Below are positions 9,677 to 16,025 of a DNA stretch of 16,025 nucleotides, piece by piece. Position numbers and translations under genes: made by a program. The stretch is from positions 1-16,025 of the forward strand of contig NW_021825303.1 of NCBI RefSeq assembly GCF_006345805.1, in the 5' to 3' direction. The DNA comes from Octopus sinensis (lineage: Eukaryota). A model generated the notes under the pieces. The model saw nothing but the letters and a program-made list of their open reading frames with translations, was not told the DNA's origin and ran no database searches. Position 1 is the stretch's first letter; the number at the start of each line of letters is the position of its first letter.

Positions 9677-9740
9677 TCACATCATCATCATCATCATCAT
9701 CATTTAACCACCGTTGTCCATGCTGGTATGGGTTGGACAG
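9674..9740 (-). mobile_element. Family C tail with (TGA)n
   Basis: Minus strand CTGTCCAACCCATACCAGCATGGACAACGGTGGTTAAA(TGA)n. Confidence 0.75.
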
Positions 9741-9979
9741 GCAAAAAGAAAAACAGGTAAAACAACAAAAGTGAAAAGGACACGCACAGTGAATGTATTA
9801 GATTAATGCTTAGAGAAAGTTTAAGGTGAGCAAAAAGAGTGGGGTGTGACATTTTGAACATGGCTCTTTATCGGAAAGAGGAACGGAGAAAAAGTGTGGA
9901 GAGAAGGAAAAGAATAGTTTGTGAAAAGCATGTGTGTCATTACATGGCTGAATATATATGTATGTGTGTGTTTGTGTGT

Positions 9980-10126
9980 GTGCCACGTAAAAGCACCCAA
10001 TACACTTTGTAAAATGGTTGGTCTTGTTAGGAAGGGCATCCATAGAAACCATGGCAAGACAGCTTGGAGCCTGTTGCTGCTCTCTGGCTCAAACTGTCCA
10101 ACTCACGCCAGCATCGACAAATGATG

Positions 10127-10129
<3 letters not shown>
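9980..10129 (+). mobile_element. Family C 3' half
   Basis: GTGCCACGTAAAAGCACCCAATACACT...TTAGGAAGGGCATCCA...AACTGTCCAACTCACGCCAGCAT...ATGATGAT is colinear with 13284-13452. Confidence 0.75.
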
Positions 10130-10178
<49 letters not shown>

Positions 10179-10334
10179 AATATAAATTTAACATGGGTGA
10201 TTCTTTCTTGTCTTGGATTTCACTGTCAAACGGCTGGGTGGAATTGCACGAAAAATTGCACAGATGTGTAGAATGATCCAGGGGTGTTGCTGGAATTTGT
10301 ATTTTTTTCATACCTCCCATGGTTACCGAGATAA

Positions 10335-10747
10335 TCTACTATAATAATACTATTGTGTTTATGAATGAGAAAGGAAGGAGTGATGTGAAACTTGGTAGTG
10401 GGATGATGAAAATTGTACGCTGAAAAAATAAATCAAACAGCATTTCAACTGTGTGTGAATATATGTGTGTGTATGTAAAGGGAGGTATGTGAATGTGTGT
10501 GTCCGCGTGCGTGTGTGTGTGCGTATGCTCGTGAAATGGAAATGGGTTGGTTTATATTTTGATTTGGCTAAATCTCGGTTGTTTTTTTTTTGTTGGTCAG
10601 TTATTTTTAGCCTTTCGACAGAAAAAAAAGTCATTCTAAAATTGTTTTTTAACGTAAGCATGCCCAAACAAATCGAATGCTTACACAGAACAGGTTTTAC
10701 AGTCACATCATCCAAACTGACCGGGTGAAACCGGGCTTAGCTACTAG
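10335..10747 (+). mobile_element. Non-autonomous Helitron-type element (H3)
   Basis: A|TCTACTATAATAA 5' end; 3' hairpin CCGGGTGAAACCGG (10721-10734), 9-nt spacer, then CTAG (10744-10747)|T. The 5' boundary is less certain than the 3'. Confidence 0.7.
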
Positions 10748-11023
10748 TATATATATATGTATATATAAAGCAAATAAGAAAATGGAGAGGATATAAAATC
10801 TATTTGCTTTATAAATCCTGGGTAAATTTACAATTTACCCCCACCCATACCTAGTATTCATTTGCAAAATTGCCCTGCAATACTAAACACTTGGATATAA
10901 ATACTTAAGTGCACATCCAGTAGTATATTGGATATTTGATATCCCTTTGATGGTTTCTTAAACTCTAACTCATACAGACACACACACACACACACACCAC
11001 ACACAACACTCAGACACACACAA

Positions 11024-11179
11024 GTTTCTTTCATTTTTCTGTCTACCAAATCCATTCACAAGACTTTGGTCAGCCTGAGGCTATAGTAGAAGACATTTGC
11101 CCAAGGTACCAGGCAGTAGGACTGAACCTGGCACTCTGTGGTTGGGAAGCAAGCATCTTACCTCACAGCCACAACTGTG
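11024..11179 (-). mobile_element. Family A left arm
   Basis: Reverse complement of the family A head: GTGGCTGTGAGGTAAG, AGGTTCAGTCC, ACCTTGGGCAAATGTCTTCTACTATAGCCTC. Confidence 0.85.
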
Positions 11180-11647
11180 TGCATTTATTTATATTTATAC
11201 ACGCACACACACACACACACACATGCATGTATATACACACACACACCTACACAATATTGCTTTGTCTCAGTCATTCCTTATGTTCTTTCCTTTCTTTTTC
11301 CCTCCTTCGCTTATCATTCATCTCTTTCCATCACGTATTTATCATTTACTTTCCCTTTCGTTATTTTATCTTTTCATCGCAACGAAAACAAAGAATCGCT
11401 ACAAAACAAACAAAGCCATATTCTTCACACAATTCTAAATCTTTGATTCTGAGTTTTTTTTTTTTTTTCTGCTTTTCATTTCTTTCTTTCTTTTTACTTC
11501 TGAATTTACTAACCGTAAGCAGTAGACGGCCATTTTATGCATCAAGTGCACATTTTGGTGTCTTTTAGTGTCAAGGTAAGACATAAACAGCAGTAAGCAT
11601 TAGTTCATTGTTTTGTCTTGGTTTTGGTAGAAATTTACCAATTTATA

Positions 11648-11809
11648 GGTGCAGGCGTGGCTGTGTGGTAAGAATTTTGCTTTCCAACCAGTTGGTTCCC
11701 GGTTCATTCCCACCACATGGCATCTTGGGAAAGTGTCTTCTACTACAGCCACAGGCCAACCGAAGCCTTGTGAGTGGATCTGGTAGATGGAAACGGAAAG
11801 AAGCCTCTC

Positions 11810-11842
<33 letters not shown>

Positions 11843-12375
11843 TCTTTGTCTCTCACTCGTCTCCTTATGAGAGCTCGAAATCTCTCGTGGAAGTGTCATC
11901 CAACCAAAGTACAAATATATGGGAAACTACCACCTGTATAATCTGTTGTGAAAGGTAGAAGAGTCCAGTTTGCTGGACATTGTTGTAGAGCTGAAAACAA
12001 GGTAATTTCTGCTCTTCTCCTCTGGAAGCCATCTACTCGCGATACCAGAGGGTGCACACTCTCCTACCCTGGTGTAATCTCCAGGGACAGGACCTCCGTA
12101 ATGCTATGATGGACCATGAAGTCTGGTGTGGCATAGTAAATTCCATTGTCTCGACCACGGTCGAACAATGATGATGATGATTGTCTCTCACCATCACTTG
12201 GCAATGGGTGTCGGTGTTCTTACATCCCTCTAACTTCGTTGTTCAGCAAAAAAGACCAATACAATAAGTACAAGGCTTAAAGAAATTAGGTACTGGAGTC
12301 GATTCGTTGGACTAAAATTCTTCAGTGTGGCCATGCTGGAGCACCACCATCTAACAACTGAAACAAGCAAAGGAT
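11648..12375 (+). mobile_element. Family A SINE interrupted by a LINE insertion (11857-12180)
   Basis: Left arm 11648-11810, then a (TG)n linker. The right arm resumes at 12181 (CCATCACTTGGCAA...AATAAGTAC...CTGAAACAAG). Confidence 0.85.
11857..12180 (+). mobile_element. 5'-truncated RTE-clade LINE (ORF C-terminus, pseudogenised) with 11-bp TSD
   Basis: From 11858: RLLMRARNLSWKCHPTKVQIYGKLPPV*SVVKGRRVQFAGHCCRAENKVISALLLWKP...; after a frameshift, QDLRNAMMDHEVWCGIVNSIVSTTVEQ*. The SW..HPT, RR..FAGH.R and AM.D...W motifs are typical of the RTE C-terminus. (TGA)4 tail; TTGTCTCTCAC duplicated at 11846-11856 and 12181-12191. Confidence 0.9.
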
Positions 12376-12444
12376 TTTAAAAAATGATATCAAGAGAAAT
12401 ACATGATGTTATGGCCTTCATACTTTATAATCTGCTTCAACAAA

Positions 12445-12501
12445 TTCTGTCCAACTCATGCCAGCATGGGAAAAATGGACATGTGATGATGGTGATGGTG
12501 A
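12445..12501 (+). mobile_element. Family C tail fragment
   Basis: CTGTCCAACTCATGCCAGCATGGGAAAAATGGAC followed by TGA/TGG repeats. Confidence 0.7.
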
Positions 12502-12605
12502 TTAGTTCCAATAGGAATTATGAATGTCTTGTGTGCAAAATTATTTTTCTACAAAACACTAAAACTTCAAACAGTAAATTGCGTGGGGTTTATTTTTTAT
12601 GCGTT

Positions 12606-12709
12606 TCCATTTGCTTCAGTCATTAGACTACAGCCATATTGGGGCACCATCCTGAAGAATTTGTGATGAATGAATTAACCCCAGTTTTTTATTATTATTA
12701 TCATCATCA

Positions 12710-12752
<43 letters not shown>

Positions 12753-12779
12753 CATTATTATTACTATTATTATTATTAA

Positions 12780-12824
<45 letters not shown>

Positions 12825-13088
12825 TATTATTATTGATCATTATTATTATTATTATTATTATTATTAATTAATTGTTTTTTTTAGCCTGGTACTTGTTCTC
12901 TTTTGCTGAATTGCTAAGTTATGGGGGACATAAACACCCCTAACACACACACAGGTTGTCAAGCAGTGGTGGGGAACAAACACAGACAACAACACACACA
13001 CACACACACATATATTCCAAGGGGTTCTTTCAGTTTCCATCTACCAGACCTACTCACAAGGCTTCGTTTGACCTGGGCCTATAACAGA
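12606..13088 (-). mobile_element. Old family A copy, head-truncated, split by an internal (ATT)n expansion (about 12690-12870)
   Basis: TTCAGTCATTAGACTACAGCCATATTGGGGCACC lies on the left of the array, and AGCCTGGTACTT...GCTAAGTTATGGGG...TTCTTTCAGTTTCCATCTACC...CACAAGGCTT on the right. Both are colinear with 6515-6820. Confidence 0.75.
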
Positions 13089-13175
13089 CTGGCCATCATA
13101 ATAAGCACTAAGCAAGCAATCACACAATACTTTGTTGTTCAATCATGCATGAAACTTTTCACTCTTGAATGAGTT

Positions 13176-13452
13176 CCGTGATTTTCTCCTCCGATGCATG
13201 ACACCTGTTTTGTTCCTCCATACTTTTCTCCTCTATTTGAGGGGTCTTGCTCTGCAAGTTCCTCGGTGACTTCACTGCCACTGGTGCCGCATATAAAGCA
13301 CCCAGTGCACTTGGTAAAGTGGTTGGCATTAGGAAGGGCATCCAGCTATAGAAACCATTCCAAAGCAAACAGCAGAGCTCGATGCAGTCTTCTGATTTTC
13401 TAGTTCTTCTCCAACTGTCCAACCCATGCCAGCATGGAAAACAGATGTTAAA
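13176..13452 (+). mobile_element. Family C repeat
   Basis: Best-preserved copy in the window; homologous to 3612-3945 and 9980-10129. Ends CTGTCCAACCCATGCCAGCATGGAAAACAGATGTTAAA. Confidence 0.8.
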
Positions 13453-13458
13453 TTATAA

Positions 13459-13858
13459 TCTTTTATTTCTTTTTTTTTTGTTGCATTAGACTGTGGCCAT
13501 GCTGAGGCACTGTCTTGAAGAATTTTAGCCAAAGAGATCGACCCTACTACTGTTTGTTTTTTTATTAAAGTCTGGTATTTATTCTATTGGTCTCTTTTCC
13601 CAAACTGCTAAGTTAGGGGATGTAAACACACCATCACTGGTCGTCAAGTGATGCTGGAGAATGGACTAACACAAACACACATGCATGCACGCGCACATGC
13701 ACAACTGGTTTCTTTCAGTTTCCGTCTTCCAAATCCAGTCACAAGGACTTGGTCATCTGGCGGCAGTAGTAGAGAATACTTGTCCAAGGTGACACACAGT
13801 GGGATTGAACCCAGGATCATGTGGTTGGGGAACAAACTTCTTACCACACAGCCGTGCC
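13459..13858 (-). mobile_element. Family A SINE, near full length, diverged
   Basis: Minus strand GGCTGTGTGGTAAGAAG, GGGTTCAATCCC, CACCTTGGACAAGT. The right arm runs through CAGCATGGCCACAGTCTAATG. Confidence 0.85.
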
Positions 13859-14356
13859 TATAGTGATGATGTCTAAAGAATAATTAAGTACCCAGTCCTG
13901 TAATGTTAAACGAAGGGTTAATTCCGCACTCGTTGAATTTATAAGATTTCTCTCATTGGTTTTCTGTGTAAACTGTTGGGGCACAGGTCTATGTAACCAA
14001 GGGAACTTAGAGCTCTTCCTCTCTTCCCCTCTCCTTTTCCTCCCCCTCTCTTCCTCTCTCCCTTTTCCTCCTCCTCTCTCATTTTCTCTCTCTCTTTCTT
14101 TCTTTCTACTCTTTCTCCCTTCACTCCCATATTCCTTGGCATTCAGAATTTATTCAACTGTTGTTTGGAGGAGAAGGATGAGGAGGAGAGGAAGAAGCAG
14201 AAGAGGAGGCAAGAAGCAAATAAATAAATAAATAAGTAAATAAATGCTTCAATTCAGATTTCAAAATTGATAAATATCATAAAATTCCTTCAGTTCTTCG
14301 TTGACCTTCATTACCAAAGTGCAACCATCTGGAATAATGGATGCTTCATTAACCAT

Positions 14357-14696
14357 GTATATTTATATATAGCCATATGTATGTATGTATGTATGTGTGC
14401 GTGTATGTTGTATGCATACATAGATGTATGTATATGTGTATATATATATGTATGTATATATATATATATATATATCTATGTATATATATATATGTATATA
14501 TATATGTGTGTATATATGCAAGTACATACATATATATGTGTGTATGTATGTGTATATAGATATGTATATATATATGAATATATGCATGTATGTATATATG
14601 CATAAATAGATACATAAAAAGATGAAGTCATATATATACACACACATGTGTGCACATATATATATATACACACACACATACATACATACATATATA

Positions 14697-14738
<42 letters not shown>

Positions 14739-14781
14739 TACATACATACATATATATATATGTGTAATATATATATATATA

Positions 14782-14832
<51 letters not shown>
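14357..14832. repeat. Compound TA/TG/CA/TATG microsatellite field, including a 60-bp-period duplication (14656-14706 = 14716-14766)
   Basis: Directly visible. Confidence 0.9.
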
Positions 14833-14834
<2 letters not shown>

Positions 14835-14903
14835 CACACTGAAATCCTGACGAGAATTCCCAAGGTTCTGTGATGTCATTCGTTGCCCTTGCAATAGGGC
14901 TAT

Positions 14904-14917
14904 GGTAGTAGTAGTAA

Positions 14918-14960
<43 letters not shown>
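14904..14960. repeat. (TAG)n microsatellite
   Basis: Tandem GTA units with one ATA variant. Confidence 0.95.
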
Positions 14961-15384
14961 TATCGTTGTCCTCATCTGCGTTAGGAACAGATAGCTCACA
15001 GTTGCTAGTTGCTTACTTTAACAGATCAATAGTTCTTTAATTTATGAATCCACATGCTTCAAGACTTTCAGACTCAAGGGACCAACAGGATCTGAAATCC
15101 AGATATTCTCCACTACAAACGCTGCTGATAGCACCAAGCTTGCTTTCATCTCTTTTCCTCACATCTTACATTTTATATATCGTTTTTTTTCTTCTTTACT
15201 TTATTTCATGTGTGTGTGTGTGTGTGTGTGTGTACATATATGTGTGTATACATATATATATATATATACATATATATGTGTGTATATATATGTATCCACA
15301 TATATATATACATGTGTGTATATATATACATGTATACATATATATGTGTGTGTGTATATATATATTATATGTATACATATATGT

Positions 15385-15420
<36 letters not shown>

Positions 15421-15422
<2 letters not shown>

Positions 15423-15578
15423 CAATACATACACAGATATATATATATATATATATATAATATAACACACACCAGTACATACACAGATATATATATAAAC
15501 CAATACATACACAGATATATATATATATATACACACCAGTACATACACAGATATATATATAAACCAATACATACACAG

Positions 15579-15600
<22 letters not shown>
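15421..15600. repeat. Minisatellite, five units of ACCARTACATACACAG+(AT)n
   Basis: Units start at 15421, 15471, 15499, 15535 and 15563. Confidence 0.9.
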
Positions 15601-15611
<11 letters not shown>

Positions 15612-15927
15612 TATACATACACACACTATTTCAGTGTCTTTCATTTTAAGTTTTCTAAATCTCCTGTCTTTTATTTTCCTCCTTACCAATATCTCTTCCT
15701 TCCTGTCACTTTTTTCCTTCCTATGTTGTTCTTTCCTTATACTCGTCCTCCCACCACTTCCTATACCCTCTCTTGTTCCTCCTCTTTCTTTTTCTCTTCT
15801 CTTCTCTCCTTCTCCCTCTTTTTTATCCAACTGTACATTCCGTTGGTTTCTTTCTGTTATCCTCTCAACGTTCTGTGTCACTTGACCAATGGAAACCTAA
15901 TGCTGCCAACCCTATCTTTACCTCTTT

Positions 15928-15932
15928 GTCTG

Positions 15933-16025
<93 letters not shown>
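15928..16025. repeat. (CTAT)n microsatellite running off the window end
   Basis: Perfect CTAT run preceded by CTGT units. Confidence 0.97.

Noticed and set aside
14260-15200. Short unique islands with open frames (minus-strand [11 protein letters not shown]...; plus-strand frame after TTTAACAG near 15023)
   Set aside because: No matched acceptor/donor pair and no recognisable homology; cannot be supported without transcript data.
15421-15600. CRISPR-like repeat-spacer array
   Set aside because: The spacers are (AT)n/(AC)n rather than unique sequences, the context is eukaryotic, and there are no cas genes.
14267-15885. Many long ORFs rich in YI/CV/HT repeats, including the 226-aa ORF
   Set aside because: Stop-free translations of dinucleotide microsatellites and purine tracts; the same holds for similar ORFs throughout the window.

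Overview
AT-rich, microsatellite-saturated eukaryotic non-coding DNA (intron or intergenic). The repeat families look like those of an octopus/coleoid cephalopod genome; this is my recognition, not a database result. I can support no host protein-coding gene: the ORF track is almost entirely translated (TA)n/(CA)n/(ATT)n microsatellite or SINE sequence. The window is a stack of mobile elements. (i) Three non-autonomous Helitron-type elements with A|TC...hairpin-CTAG|T ends. (ii) About nine copies or fragments of a long tRNA-headed SINE (called family A here), two further tRNA-headed SINE families (B, D) and a (TGA)n-tailed repeat (C). (iii) A 5'-truncated RTE-clade LINE inserted into a family-A SINE with an 11-bp target-site duplication. 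(iv) A 5'-truncated R4/Dong-like LINE sitting inside a (TAA)n array. (v) A 550-bp structured element resembling an RTE 5'/3' deletion derivative. Neither LINE protein fragment appears in the ORF track. Other signals are inverted SINE pairs (long dsRNA potential), a 23-bp micro-inversion, a possible nested Helitron/HINE structure, an RFX+Forkhead motif cluster and a candidate small exon. I found no convincing novel protein-based system.
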